DNA from: Alcaligenaceae bacterium
GTDB lineage: Bacteria; Pseudomonadota; Gammaproteobacteria; Steroidobacterales; Steroidobacteraceae
Direction: 5' to 3'
NCBI GenBank assembly: GCA_036677145.1
Contig: JAKFFF010000034.1
Span: 48,202-112,201, forward strand
Length of the DNA stretch: 64,000 nucleotides
Shown here: piece after piece, positions 19,301 to 28,504 of the stretch
How the letters are laid out: each line of letters begins with the position of its first letter
Numbering within the stretch: the first letter of the stretch is position 1
Translations under genes and position numbers: made by a program
Notes under the pieces: model-generated
The model's database searches: none
What the model was told of the DNA's origin: nothing
What the model saw: only the letters and a program-made list of their open reading frames with translations

Positions 19301-20005
19301 CTCTACGCGCAGCGGATCGTACCCATCGCGCGCATCAGCACCGACGTGCCGTTCTTCGAGCTGATGGTGCGCCTGCGCGACGAAGACGGCACGCTGGTGC
19401 CGCCGAACGAATTCATCCCGGCCGCCGAGCGTTACAACGTCATGGTCATGGTCGACCGGTGGGTCGTGAACCGCGCCATCGAGATGCTCGATTCGTGCCT
19501 CACCGCCGGCCGGCGTCTGCCGCTCGTCGCGGTCAACTTGTCAGGCACCTCGATCAACGACGAGGATTTCCTCGAGTTCGTGCTGGCGCGCCTGCGCGAC
19601 GACCGGCTGGCACGCGCCTTGTGCTTCGAAATCACCGAGACCGCGGCGGTCGCCAGTCTGTCGAAGGCTACCTACTTCATGCGCGAGCTCAAGGCGCGCG
19701 GTTGCCGGTTTTCGCTCGATGATTTCGGCAGCGGCGTGTCGTCGTTCCTGTATCTGAAGACACTGCCGGTCGACTTCCTGAAGATCGACGGTCAATTCGT
19801 CGGGCGGGTCGCAAGTGATCCGGTCGACCGCAGCATGGTGGAGGCGATCGCGAAGATCGGCGCCGCGATGCAGGTGGCGACCATCGCCGAAAAGGTCGAA
19901 AGCTCCGATGTGCTCGAGGTGCTCAGGGCCATCGGGGTCGACTACATCCAGGGATTCCATCTGGCCGAGCCCTGCGCGATCGAGGACGTATTCGCCTGCG
20001 ATTGA
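16361..20005 (+). CDS. Multi-PAS/GAF sensor with GGDEF and EAL domains
   Basis: The ORF opens at TTG 16340, and ATG 16361 (MSKPAEG) is preferred. The protein has several PAS-like modules (recurring D(I/V)(S/T)ERKRAE linkers) and a GAF-like module. GGDEF motif: RLGGDEFGLL. EAL motifs: FFELMVRL, CFEITETA, DDFGSG. Confidence 0.9.
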   Translation: MSKPAEGNPQESTEPAAGSAGGPTFTATGTRLDVSDFSMPRLHPLLQTQLRELRARVTGGRISAHEMLEMLSRYYDSVDDERRAMVRSMQLMSDEARSLGVEIAEQGAAQLQVILDHIKDVVITANVAGVIDRANPMTERVFGYPPAELLGLRIDVLVPFIAVDGSVTVGLDKLAGNSDTFRGQRVSPEVSARRSDGTLFPAEIAVSRARHGRSEVFVICLRDISERHMTQQALRDSEARYRSLVDNAPEAITVIDTDTRRFVEANEPALRLFKMTRDQLLACNVCGVSAELQIDGEPTNAPHRQHLKLAAAGESQVFEWIHRDATGRDIPCEVRLVRLQGGSSSQVRASITDISERKRAESIMENERAFFALLASNAGLPAVLDVISGLVQAVYPRCRCTISVLAPDASCFSLTIARQLPPLLAAVLERTPIEPRRGSCAAAVYSACDVYVADVKNDAHWADRRQVVLDSGFRAVWSMPIKGSSGKLLGAVAIYRPEPGLPDAREQVLQAHATRLAALAIERNLAEEALRASEAKFRGLFEGVIEGVYQSTRDGRLVSVNSAFVEMLGYGSAEEMYALPSSVMLYWSPTDRADFVRKVDADGEVRSMEVVLRRRDGSQVVALENSRGVRDGSGRIVGYEGTVSDITERKRAEQAILAEKDRAAVTLQSIGDAVITTNAAGNIDYLNPVAERLTGWSTDEARGRPIGDVLQLIDESTRKPVAYALDRVLTDGETSVPSDHNVLVNRRGEELAIQETATPIRSREGAAIGAVIVFGDVTKERRLKRALSYQASHDALTGLINRREFDSRLEAAVTAAQRGEGEYVLLYVDLDQFKVVNDTCGHSAGDRLLRDITSLLQTRVRASDTIARLGGDEFGLLLERCSLEQAERVADSIRQSIHSYRFLWGANSLSVGASIGVVRIMRDTTSAASVLSAADIACYAAKDGGRNRVQIYERDHGTSRHREMQWVGRIARAVEDGRLELYAQRIVPIARISTDVPFFELMVRLRDEDGTLVPPNEFIPAAERYNVMVMVDRWVVNRAIEMLDSCLTAGRRLPLVAVNLSGTSINDEDFLEFVLARLRDDRLARALCFEITETAAVASLSKATYFMRELKARGCRFSLDDFGSGVSSFLYLKTLPVDFLKIDGQFVGRVASDPVDRSMVEAIAKIGAAMQVATIAEKVESSDVLEVLRAIGVDYIQGFHLAEPCAIEDVFACD

Positions 20006-20024
20006 CTCCGGCTAGAATGGCCGC

Positions 20025-21173
20025 ATGCCGTCGCAGGGATCCTCCGAGCCCGCGTTTTCGCTCGGGATAGAAGAAGAATATCTGCTCGTGGATCTCGCCA
20101 CGCGCGATCTCGTGGCCGATCCCCCGCCCGAACTGCTGCAGCGTTGCATCTCCGAAACCGAAGGTCGGGTGAGCCCGGAATTCCTCCGCTCGCAACTCGA
20201 GGTCAAGACTTCCGTGTGCGCTTCGGTGGCCGCGATGCGCAGCGAACTGGCGGCCCTGCGCCGCAAGGTGTGCGAGATCTCGGCCGACTACGGCATCGCG
20301 CCGGTGGCCGCGTCGACGCATCCGTTCGCGCGTCCGACTAGTCGCCCGCCGCACACCGATCACGAGCGTTACTCCGACATCGCGCGCGAAGTGCAGGGCG
20401 GGGCGGGGCGCATGATCATCTGCGGCATGCACGTGCACGTCGGGCTCGGCGACGACGAGCTGCGCATCGACGTCATGAACCAGCTCACGTATTTCGTGCC
20501 GCACCTGCTGGCGTTGTCGTGTTCATCGCCGTTCTGGCAGGGCGACGACATGGGCATGCAGTCGTTCCGGCTGATGCTGTTGTCGTCGCTGCCGCGCACG
20601 GGGCTGCCGGAAAACTTCGAGAGTTACGGCGAGTTTCGCCGGCACCTCGACGCACTGGTGCGCAACGGACTCATCGAGGACACGACCAAGATCTGGTGGG
20701 ACATCCGCCCGAGCTCGCGTTACCCGACCCTCGAGACGCGCGTCTTCGATTGCTGCACGCACCTCGACGATGCGGTGTGTCTCGCGGCGTTGAACCTGTC
20801 GCTGGTGCGGATGCTTTATCGCCTGCGTCGCGACAACAAGACCTGGCGGCGATATCCGCGCATGCTCATCGCGGAGAACCGCTGGCGCGCGATGCGTTTC
20901 GGCGCCGATGCCAGCCTGCTCGACCTGGCGCGTGGCGAACTCGTGCCATTTGCCGAACTGCTCGACGAACTGCTGTCGTTGACCCGCGAGGACGCGATCG
21001 CGCTCGACTGCCTCGCCGAAACCGAACATGCGCGCGTAGTGCTCAAACGCGGCACCAGCGCGCACCAGCAACTCGCCGTTTACCAGACCGCGCGTTCGCA
21101 GGGCGCGACCGATGGCGAGGCGTTGTCGGCGGTAGTTGGATGGCTGGCAAGGACGACTTGCGCGACGAAGTGA
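20025..21173 (+). CDS. ybdK: Carboxylate-amine ligase YbdK (glutamate-cysteine ligase family 2)
   Basis: 382 aa. GIEEEYLLVD and MHVHVGL, with overall GCS2 collinearity. Confidence 0.88.
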   Translation: MPSQGSSEPAFSLGIEEEYLLVDLATRDLVADPPPELLQRCISETEGRVSPEFLRSQLEVKTSVCASVAAMRSELAALRRKVCEISADYGIAPVAASTHPFARPTSRPPHTDHERYSDIAREVQGGAGRMIICGMHVHVGLGDDELRIDVMNQLTYFVPHLLALSCSSPFWQGDDMGMQSFRLMLLSSLPRTGLPENFESYGEFRRHLDALVRNGLIEDTTKIWWDIRPSSRYPTLETRVFDCCTHLDDAVCLAALNLSLVRMLYRLRRDNKTWRRYPRMLIAENRWRAMRFGADASLLDLARGELVPFAELLDELLSLTREDAIALDCLAETEHARVVLKRGTSAHQQLAVYQTARSQGATDGEALSAVVGWLARTTCATK

Positions 21174-21190
21174 TCCTTCGGGGAGGGGTG

Positions 21191-21922
21191 ATGACCAGAC
21201 CAGTTCTGCTCGCAGCTACGTTCGCCGCTGGTATCGCGGTCGGCGCCATCGCGATGCGTGCCTGGTATGGGGAATCGAGCGCGGCCCCGCAGGTTGTCGA
21301 GACCGCCGACGCTCCAATGGCTTCCGAGCCGCGCGGCGACGCACGCGAATCGACCCCGGCCGCGACGCCGCTGTCAGCCGTGAAGCTGCCTTCAGCGAAC
21401 ACCACGAGCGAGAGTGCGCCGCCGCCGATGTCGGCCCCGGCCAGCACGCCCCTCGCGGGGACGAATGATGTGGTGCAGCCCATCGAAGTGGGCGACGTTT
21501 TCCGCAAGTTGATCGCGAAGGAATCGGTCCCCGGCAACGAGAATCAGATCGGCGATGCACATCGCGCGCTCGAGCGTGAGTACCGCGACGAAGGCTGGGC
21601 GTACATGATGGAAGCCGAACTCCAGAACTCGATGCTCAGCGAGGTCGCTACCAGCGGGTTCAATACCGAGCACATCGAGTGCCGCGCCACGCTGTGCGAG
21701 GTGCGCCTCTCGGGCACGGGGCAACAGCAGACCGCCGGGATCAAGCGCTGGAATGAGAGTTTCATGGGGCAGAACTCGGCGCTCGGTCAGCGGCTGTTGT
21801 TGAATTACTCGTCGTCGATCAGTGACAACGACCGCATGGACGCGTTGCTGATATTCCGCAAGCCTCCGCAGCCCGATTCTCCGCAGCCCGCGCCGAAACA
21901 GGCGCCCCAGAAGCGCGGCTAG
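21191..21922 (+). CDS. Hypothetical membrane-anchored periplasmic protein
   Basis: ATG 21191 is preceded by GGGAGGGG. One TM helix (VLLAATFAAGIAVGAIAM), a Pro/Ser/Ala-rich linker, and a C-terminal domain with a Cys pair (IECRATLCEV). Confidence 0.65.
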   Translation: MTRPVLLAATFAAGIAVGAIAMRAWYGESSAAPQVVETADAPMASEPRGDARESTPAATPLSAVKLPSANTTSESAPPPMSAPASTPLAGTNDVVQPIEVGDVFRKLIAKESVPGNENQIGDAHRALEREYRDEGWAYMMEAELQNSMLSEVATSGFNTEHIECRATLCEVRLSGTGQQQTAGIKRWNESFMGQNSALGQRLLLNYSSSISDNDRMDALLIFRKPPQPDSPQPAPKQAPQKRG

Positions 21923-21930
21923 CGTTCGAA

Positions 21931-23277
21931 CTACTCCGCGCCGCAGACCGCGCCGCTCACCAACTGCGCGAGCGCGGTGCAGGCATTCACCGAAAGATAC
22001 GGTCCCTGAGTGGTGTCGTGCCGCTGTGTCGACTGCGCGAGCAGGCTGCGCACCCGGTTCGCGCCGAGTTTCTGGTTGCGCGCCAGCAGCAATGCGACCA
22101 CGCCGGTCACCTGCGCCGTGGCGAGCGAACTGCCAGAGGCGAAATCGTAGTGGCCGTCGGGCACGAGCGTGACGATATCCCGCGCGGGCGCCCGCAGCAG
22201 GTCCTCGCCCGGGCTGCGCGCGTCCTCGGACTCGATGACCGCCAGCACGCCGGGTAGTTTGGCCGGGAAGCCGAAGCGCAGGTCCGAGGATGCGGCGCCG
22301 ACGACAATGACGCCGGTCTGCGCGGCCTTTGCGACCAGCGCAGTGAGCAGCGGATCTGCCGGTCCCACCAGGCTCAGGTTGATGATCTGAACGCGCGCGC
22401 CGAGTGCATCGGCAAGTGCCTGTGCAATCGTGAAGGAATTGCAGCGGCCGGTAGCGCTTGCCGAGGGCTGCCAACACGCCTTGTACGCCAGCAGTTTGAC
22501 GTCGGGGGCGACGCCCACGATGCCGATGCCATTGTTCGCGGCGGCCGCGATCAGGCCCGCGACTTGCGTGCCATGACGATCCGCGCGGAACGCCGCTTGA
22601 TCATCGTCGATGTAGTTGCGCGTCGCTTCGGTGCGTCCCGCCAGATCCGGGTGAGTGGTGTCCAGACCCGTGTCGATGATCGCGACCCGAACGCCGGCGC
22701 CGCGGCTGAGCCGATGCGCGTCGGCGACGTGCAGCGCGCTGACATTCGCCTGCAATTTGGCGTATGGATCGTCGAAGCCCTTGTGGTCGAGGGCTGGGGT
22801 CGATGCCGACTCGAATTCGTTCAGCGGTTGCGCGATCAGCACGCGCTTGTCGGCCGCGAGTTTCCGCAACACCGCTTCACGCGTGGTGCCCGGCGGAATC
22901 CGGAACAGCACGCAGTGCATCTGGAGCTGTGCGATGGGCCATTCGGACACCGGCGTGAGCGAATGGGCGCGCGCCAGGTCGCGTATCACCGAGGTCGCGG
23001 TCGCGCTGATGCGGTAGTTAGTCGCCGTGCCGTAGCCGTGCGCCGTGCCGCCGACCGCGGCGGCGCGGCCGGTCACCGGGTTGGCGACGGCGACGACGAT
23101 GAACTGGTTCGGGGCGGTGCGGACTTCCGCCGGAGTGAGCACCGGCGGTGGCGCCGCGCGCACCCCAGGTGCCAGGAAGGCGAGCGCGGCAAGCAGCGCG
23201 GCGGCGGCCCATCGTCGAGCGAAGGGCGTGACGAGCGTGCGTGTTTCAACGGGCGACAGGCTGCGCAAAACTGACAT
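21931..23277 (-). CDS. Secreted S8 (subtilisin-like) serine peptidase
   Basis: 448 aa with a signal peptide and a propeptide-like region. Triad contexts: VAIIDTGLD, DRHGTQVAGLIAA, ASGSSLATAQVTG. It overlaps the anti-sigma gene by 32 nt. Confidence 0.88.
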   Translation of the reverse strand: MSVLRSLSPVETRTLVTPFARRWAAAALLAALAFLAPGVRAAPPPVLTPAEVRTAPNQFIVVAVANPVTGRAAAVGGTAHGYGTATNYRISATATSVIRDLARAHSLTPVSEWPIAQLQMHCVLFRIPPGTTREAVLRKLAADKRVLIAQPLNEFESASTPALDHKGFDDPYAKLQANVSALHVADAHRLSRGAGVRVAIIDTGLDTTHPDLAGRTEATRNYIDDDQAAFRADRHGTQVAGLIAAAANNGIGIVGVAPDVKLLAYKACWQPSASATGRCNSFTIAQALADALGARVQIINLSLVGPADPLLTALVAKAAQTGVIVVGAASSDLRFGFPAKLPGVLAVIESEDARSPGEDLLRAPARDIVTLVPDGHYDFASGSSLATAQVTGVVALLLARNQKLGANRVRSLLAQSTQRHDTTQGPYLSVNACTALAQLVSGAVCGAE

Positions 23278-23923
23278 TCGGATCCTTCGAAATCACCGCC
23301 GCGACGGACTCCGCCGTTGCGCCCGCGGCCACGGCGTCCGCGGACAGCTCCGCCGTGAAATTGCCGGACAGGCCCGGGCCCGCCACGATCGTGAGGCCCT
23401 GATGCGCGAGCAGTGTATTGATGTGTGCAACCGGGGCTTCCGGCGCGAACACGATGCGCAGGGCCGGCGCCTTGCGCGCCGGTTCAGCCGTCGCCACGGT
23501 GGTGTAACCATTGACCGGCGGGTTGTTCGAGCGCAGCGCCGCCATCCCGAGCACGCCGAGGCCGATGGCCTGCACGATCACCGCGGCCGCGAGCCAGCGC
23601 ACGGTGCGCGCGCGACGCGAACCGGCCGGCAATGGCCCGGCAACGCCGCTGTTCTTCAACGCGGCGTCGGACGCTTCGACGCGCGCCCAGAGTTTGTCGA
23701 ACGAACGTTGTTCATCCTCGCGCTCCGCGGGCTCGGCCAAGTCACCAGCGCGATTCATTCGTTCCGCGAGCTCGCGCTGCGCGGTGAACTCGGCACGGCA
23801 GCCGGAGCAGGACTGCACGTGCGCCTCGACCCATTCGCGGTCTGGAAGCCCGATGCGCCCATTGGCGAGCCAGGGCAGCAGCGCCCAGGCTTCGGCATGC
23901 GTGTCGGGGATGCGAGGACTCAT
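23246..23923 (-). CDS. Anti-sigma factor (zf-HC2 type)
   Basis: ATG 23923 inside ORF 23246..24556, overlapping the sigma factor stop as ATGA. Motif HVQSCSGC. One TM helix (WLAAAVIVQAIGLGVLGMAAL). Confidence 0.8.
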   Translation of the reverse strand: MSPRIPDTHAEAWALLPWLANGRIGLPDREWVEAHVQSCSGCRAEFTAQRELAERMNRAGDLAEPAEREDEQRSFDKLWARVEASDAALKNSGVAGPLPAGSRRARTVRWLAAAVIVQAIGLGVLGMAALRSNNPPVNGYTTVATAEPARKAPALRIVFAPEAPVAHINTLLAHQGLTIVAGPGLSGNFTAELSADAVAAGATAESVAAVISKDPNVSFAQPVAR

Positions 23924-24549
23924 GAACGGTCTCCATTCATTCCTGCCAGCGGCGGCAGGACTAGTTTGAGGGTTTCGCGCGCGCGGAACAGCCGGGTTTT
24001 CACCGTGTTCACCGGGCAATCGAGAATCGCGGCTACTTCTTCGCAGGAGTGGCCGAGGGTGTAGGTGAGCTCGAGCGCCATGCGCTGTTCCACCGGCAGT
24101 CGTTCGAGTCCGAGGGACAACCATTGCTGGTTGGTCTCCTCGTCCTCGGAGGATCCGACGCTGACGGACTCTTCGTCGAATGGCTCGTCCGACACCGGCC
24201 GCAACTTGGCGCGGCGCAGGGCATTCAACGCCCGGCGATAGGCTATGCCGATGATCCAGGTGGACAGTTGCGAGGCGCCGCGGAAGTCGGAGGCCTTGGT
24301 CCACACCACCCAGAAGGTGTCGTTGATCACTTCCTCGATGTCTTCGCGCCGCACCGACATGCGCGCCAGCAGGCGCGACAGGCGCTGGTAGTAGTTTGAA
24401 TACAGGGCCCGAAACGCCGCCTGGTCGCGGCCATGGACGATGCGCTCGAGCAACTCGCGCTCCGGGATGTCGGAGACGGCGCCAGCTGCCCGTGGGGCCA
24501 GCGTTTCTACGGTTTTGAGGGCCACGGCGTCCGAACCTCCCGGGAGCAA
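23920..24549 (-). CDS. ECF-family RNA polymerase sigma factor
   Basis: 209 aa. Start is TTG 24549, with GTG 24525 as an alternative. Sigma-70 region 2 (DIEEVINDTFWVVWTKA) and region 4 (SCEEVAAILDCPVNTVKTRLFRARETL). Confidence 0.88.
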   Translation of the reverse strand: MLPGGSDAVALKTVETLAPRAAGAVSDIPERELLERIVHGRDQAAFRALYSNYYQRLSRLLARMSVRREDIEEVINDTFWVVWTKASDFRGASQLSTWIIGIAYRRALNALRRAKLRPVSDEPFDEESVSVGSSEDEETNQQWLSLGLERLPVEQRMALELTYTLGHSCEEVAAILDCPVNTVKTRLFRARETLKLVLPPLAGMNGDRS

Positions 24550-24592
24550 TGCCCATGAGTACCGGGGTGCGGGAGTTTGGTTCCCGGCGCCG

Positions 24593-25357
24593 CTATTTCG
24601 TGGCGGAGAAGCGCCACAGGGCGGTCAGCGCCACCCGGTCGCCGGTGGTGCTGTCGGGGAAATGTTCCGCCGCCGGGCCGTGCACCCCCAGCCAGGCCAG
24701 TTGCAGCTCGAACGGGGCGAATGTCGCGGTCACGGTCGTGTTCCAGTAGTTGTAACTGCCGTGATAGACCTGCTGGAGGTTGTAGTGCCCGAAGCCCGCG
24801 GAAACCGCCCAGCGCTCGTCGAACGCGTGTCGCGCGGACAGCTCCAGCGCCCAGGTTTCGCCACCCTGCTCGTAGCCGGGCGCGGATCCGATGGCATCGG
24901 TGTTGGGTGAGTAGATAGCTGCCAGGTACACCTGGTTGCGAAAGCCGAGCGTCGCGGTGAATTCCGTGCGGTTGTAGTTCGCGCGCCGCGGATCGTCCGG
25001 GTAGGTGTACTGCGAGACCCGCAGGTCCGCGGAATAATCTTCCGACAGGCGCCAGTAGCGGCCGAGCCAGGCGTCGATTTCGACGGCCGCGCTCGGGCCC
25101 GGGTTCGGATCGACCGTCGCGGCAAACGCGCCGACGTAGACCTCGCGCGGGAATTCGACGTCGATCGATGCCTGCGCGGCGGGTTTGCCGCGCGTCAGCG
25201 ACAAGCCGCGAAACACGAAATCCGAAGTTGCCCCCAGGCTGCCCGAGAACACGAAGACACCTTCGGCATGGGCCGGGGTGGATCCCGCGAGAGCGGTCAA
25301 GACGGCAGGGATCAGGAACCAGTGGGCCCGCGGTAGCGGTCGGGGATGGCACGTCAC
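24593..25357 (-). CDS. TorF-family (TIGR02001-like) putative outer-membrane porin
   Basis: The start is set to GTG 25357, giving the signal peptide WFLIPAVLTALAGSTPAHA. The sequence is beta-strand-rich (SDFVFRGLSLT, AWLGRYW). The ORF continues to 25588, but that part is Arg/Cys-rich junk. Confidence 0.7.
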   Translation of the reverse strand: MTCHPRPLPRAHWFLIPAVLTALAGSTPAHAEGVFVFSGSLGATSDFVFRGLSLTRGKPAAQASIDVEFPREVYVGAFAATVDPNPGPSAAVEIDAWLGRYWRLSEDYSADLRVSQYTYPDDPRRANYNRTEFTATLGFRNQVYLAAIYSPNTDAIGSAPGYEQGGETWALELSARHAFDERWAVSAGFGHYNLQQVYHGSYNYWNTTVTATFAPFELQLAWLGVHGPAAEHFPDSTTGDRVALTALWRFSATK

Positions 25358-25529
25358 GGTCAGGGGTTCCCTCAGGGCCTTCCGTAAGCCCTGCGCCAGT
25401 CTGACGAAGCGGTCGTGGGCTGGCAAGCGAGGTTCAAACGCGAAACGTGACCTGTCTCTGATGAACCGCCGAACCTGTGTGATTGTCTTCCGCGCGCATT
25501 TCCGTGCTGGTTGCGAGCATGTGTCATCA

Positions 25530-28289
25530 ATGCACGCGAGCACCGACAGCTTCGTTTCCCGGCACTCACGCGCCCTGTTTTTCGTCACGTTGATTTACGG
25601 CGCGGCGAGTGCGCTGGCGCTTGCCTTCGGCTTCGGTGGCGCTCGGGTCGGTGACCTGCTGGCGGCCTGGGCGTCGTTGCCGATCGGTGCCGCCATTTGC
25701 GCGCTGTTGTGGCAGGTATTCCGCGACCCGGCGGTCAGTCGCCGGCGGCGCATCGCGTGGGGACTGATGTTCGCGGCACAGGCGCTCGACGTCGTCGCGA
25801 GCGCCGGCTGGGGTTACGGCGTCATCACCGGAAACCTCATGATCGGCGAGTGGCCGAATGTCCTGTACATCTTTTTCTATCCCTGCCTCACGGCCGGCTT
25901 CGTGCTGCTGTACCTCGAACTCGGCGGCAGACTCGATACCCCGCGCGCGATCATCGACGCGGCGACGATCGCGATCGGATTCGGTCTGTTGCTGTGGTTC
26001 ACCGCGCTCGCGCCGCTCGGCCGGATGAACATCACCCAGCTGATTTCGCACTGGTCGGTGGTCGGGTACGGGATCGGGAACGCCATCGCGCTCATTGCCG
26101 GCGCGTTGCTTGCGATGCAGATCTCGGCCTGGCGCAACGAACGCGCGATCGTCTCGTTGCTGATTGCCACCGTGGTGACGCTGGTCGCCGACCTCCTGTG
26201 GGTCGGCGCCGAGTTGCGCGGCGAATACCGGATCGGCGGCGTCAGCGACATCATCTACCTGATCTATTACCTCTGCCTGCTCACCGCGGCGTACCAGCTG
26301 TCCGACCGGCGCGCGGCCGCGGCGCCCACGCACGTCTTGCAAGGTGACCTGCGCGGCTCGCTGCCGTTGGTCGCACTCATGGTCGGCATGATCGCGATGC
26401 TCCACGATCAGCTCGCGCTGGCGACGACCAACTCGGCGGTGCTGATCGCTGCAATCGTGCTGGCCATCCTGCTCGTGATCGCGGGCCAGGCATTCGCGTC
26501 GCGTGAAATGACGGCGCTCAACCGCGAGGTGTCCACCCGCCGCTTCGACGAGCGTCTCACGGAGCTGGTGCGTCGCTCGAGCGATCTCATCGCGATCTGC
26601 GACCGCGACGGCGTCGTCCGCTACGTCAGTCCCGCGTGCGAAGCACTGCTCGGGCTCGCGCCCGCGGACATCACCGGCCAGCGCCTCGAGAAGGTGCTGG
26701 GACCGGAAGCGATGCACGTGCGCGCCGTGTTCGACGAGGTACTCGACCGCGCGAACGCCGAACGAGTCGCGGCATTTTCGCGCACGCGGCCGGACGGGGA
26801 GGTTCGCTACTACAAGATGGTCGTCGCGAACCTGACCCACGTGGATTCGATCCGCGGCATCACGCTCAATATCCGTGACGTATCGGACGCGGCCCGGCTC
26901 AACGAACAGCTGCGCACGCTCGCGTTTCACGATGCGCTCACGATGCTTGCGAACCGCACGCTGTTCGCCGACCGCGTGCACGATGCGCTCAAACGTTACG
27001 CCGACGGCATGAGGCCCGCGGTGTTGTTCATCGATCTCGACAACTTCAAGACGGTCAACGACAGCCTCGGTCACAGCGCCGGGGATCTGCTGCTGCGCGA
27101 ATTCGCGCAACGCCTGGTGCAACACACGCGCGCGGGGGATACGGTGGCCCGACTCGGCGGCGACGAGTTCGCCGTGCTCATCGACCACGCTCCCGATGTC
27201 GAGGCCGCGCTGGCGGTGGCGCGCCAGGTCATCGACACGGCGCGGCATCCTTTCGAACTCGACGGTCACCAGGTGCGTATCGGCGCGAGTATCGGCGTCG
27301 CGCTGTCCGATCGCGGCAGCAACGTCGAGCGCCTGCTGCGCAACGCCGACGCCGCGATGTATGCCGCGAAGGAGCGCGGCAAGGGACACGCGGAAATATT
27401 CGTCCCCGAAATGCTGCGCGCGGCGCGCCGCCGCATACGTATCGAAAACGAACTCGCCGATGCGCTCGATCTCGAGCAGCTCGAGGCTCACTACCAGCCG
27501 ATCGTCGACCTCAATACTCACCAGATCGTCGGTGTGGAGGCGCTGATGCGCTGGCAACACCCGACGCGGGGCCTCGTGCCGCCCGCGGACTTCGTGCCGC
27601 TGGCGGAGGAGACCGGGCAGATCGTGCCGATGACACGCTGGATGCTGGAGCGCGCCTGCCGCGATCTCGTGCGCCTGCAACGTGCGGTCCCGCTGGGGCA
27701 GGGGCTGCGCGTCGCGGTCAACATCTCGAGCCGCTATTTGAACCACGGCGACATCGTCGCCGACGTGCGCAGGGTACTGGCCGCGCACGAGGTGATGCCC
27801 GAATGCCTGATCCTCGAAGTGACCGAAAGTCTGCTGCTGGAGAACTCGGAGCGGCTCGAGCGCATTTTCCAGGACCTGAAGGAGATGGGCGTGCGGCTGG
27901 CGCTCGACGACTTCGGCACCGGGTATTCCTCGCTCGCCTACCTGCATCGTTTTCCGATCGACATCCTCAAGATCGATCGATCGTTCGTTCAGCGTCTGCA
28001 GCGCGTCGACGACGCGCCTGAAAACCAGGATGCCGTCGCGCTCGCTCGGGCGATCCTGTCGCTCGCGTCCGCGCTCGGACTGGAGACGGTTGCCGAGGGC
28101 ATCGAGGTGGAAGCGCAACGCTCGACGCTGGTCGCGCTGGGTTGCCGGACGGGGCAGGGGTACAAGTTTGGCGCCGCGATGGCGATCTCCGACCTCATCG
28201 CGCTCCAGCGCAACTCGCTTGAACAGGCCAACGCGGCTGGCGCCGCGGGCGGTGCGGACACGTCCGCGCTGCGCCGGGTTGCCGACTAA
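25530..28289 (+). CDS. Polytopic membrane sensor with PAS, GGDEF and EAL domains
   Basis: The ORF opens at 25185, and ATG 25530 (or 25461) is chosen just before the hydrophobic core. About 8 TM helices. GGDEF motif: RLGGDEFAVL. EAL motifs: GVEALMRW, ILEVTES, DDFGTGYSS. Confidence 0.88.
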   Translation: MHASTDSFVSRHSRALFFVTLIYGAASALALAFGFGGARVGDLLAAWASLPIGAAICALLWQVFRDPAVSRRRRIAWGLMFAAQALDVVASAGWGYGVITGNLMIGEWPNVLYIFFYPCLTAGFVLLYLELGGRLDTPRAIIDAATIAIGFGLLLWFTALAPLGRMNITQLISHWSVVGYGIGNAIALIAGALLAMQISAWRNERAIVSLLIATVVTLVADLLWVGAELRGEYRIGGVSDIIYLIYYLCLLTAAYQLSDRRAAAAPTHVLQGDLRGSLPLVALMVGMIAMLHDQLALATTNSAVLIAAIVLAILLVIAGQAFASREMTALNREVSTRRFDERLTELVRRSSDLIAICDRDGVVRYVSPACEALLGLAPADITGQRLEKVLGPEAMHVRAVFDEVLDRANAERVAAFSRTRPDGEVRYYKMVVANLTHVDSIRGITLNIRDVSDAARLNEQLRTLAFHDALTMLANRTLFADRVHDALKRYADGMRPAVLFIDLDNFKTVNDSLGHSAGDLLLREFAQRLVQHTRAGDTVARLGGDEFAVLIDHAPDVEAALAVARQVIDTARHPFELDGHQVRIGASIGVALSDRGSNVERLLRNADAAMYAAKERGKGHAEIFVPEMLRAARRRIRIENELADALDLEQLEAHYQPIVDLNTHQIVGVEALMRWQHPTRGLVPPADFVPLAEETGQIVPMTRWMLERACRDLVRLQRAVPLGQGLRVAVNISSRYLNHGDIVADVRRVLAAHEVMPECLILEVTESLLLENSERLERIFQDLKEMGVRLALDDFGTGYSSLAYLHRFPIDILKIDRSFVQRLQRVDDAPENQDAVALARAILSLASALGLETVAEGIEVEAQRSTLVALGCRTGQGYKFGAAMAISDLIALQRNSLEQANAAGAAGGADTSALRRVAD

Positions 28290-28504
28290 CTTCCCGGAAA
28301 TTGCCCAAGCGACGGCCTGCACCGCGGCGGGGCGCTCTTCACGTGACATAACACCCCGAGCGCTTCTCATAATCGGGGCGCGCCAAATGCGCTGCCCGAA
28401 ACCGCGGAAAAGATGCGAAGTAGGTGGGCTTTGGGCACAGGACGCTCGTCTAATCTCCCTCCGCGCCAGGCAGGCGAAAATAACAATCGCAGCGGAGAAC
28501 ACCG

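Noticed and set aside
19608-19624. TGGCACGcgccTTGTGC, a near sigma-54 promoter match
   Set aside because: It lies inside the EAL domain coding region, its -12 element is TTGT rather than TTGC, and there is no downstream gene start.
23924-24556. N-terminal extension of track ORF 23246..24556, and similar extensions of ORFs 3421..4188, 3737..5293, 37864..38502 and 48266..50047
   Set aside because: The extensions overlap upstream genes in another frame and are Arg/Pro-rich. Internal starts with start/stop coupling or ribosome-binding sites give proteins that begin at the conserved N-termini.
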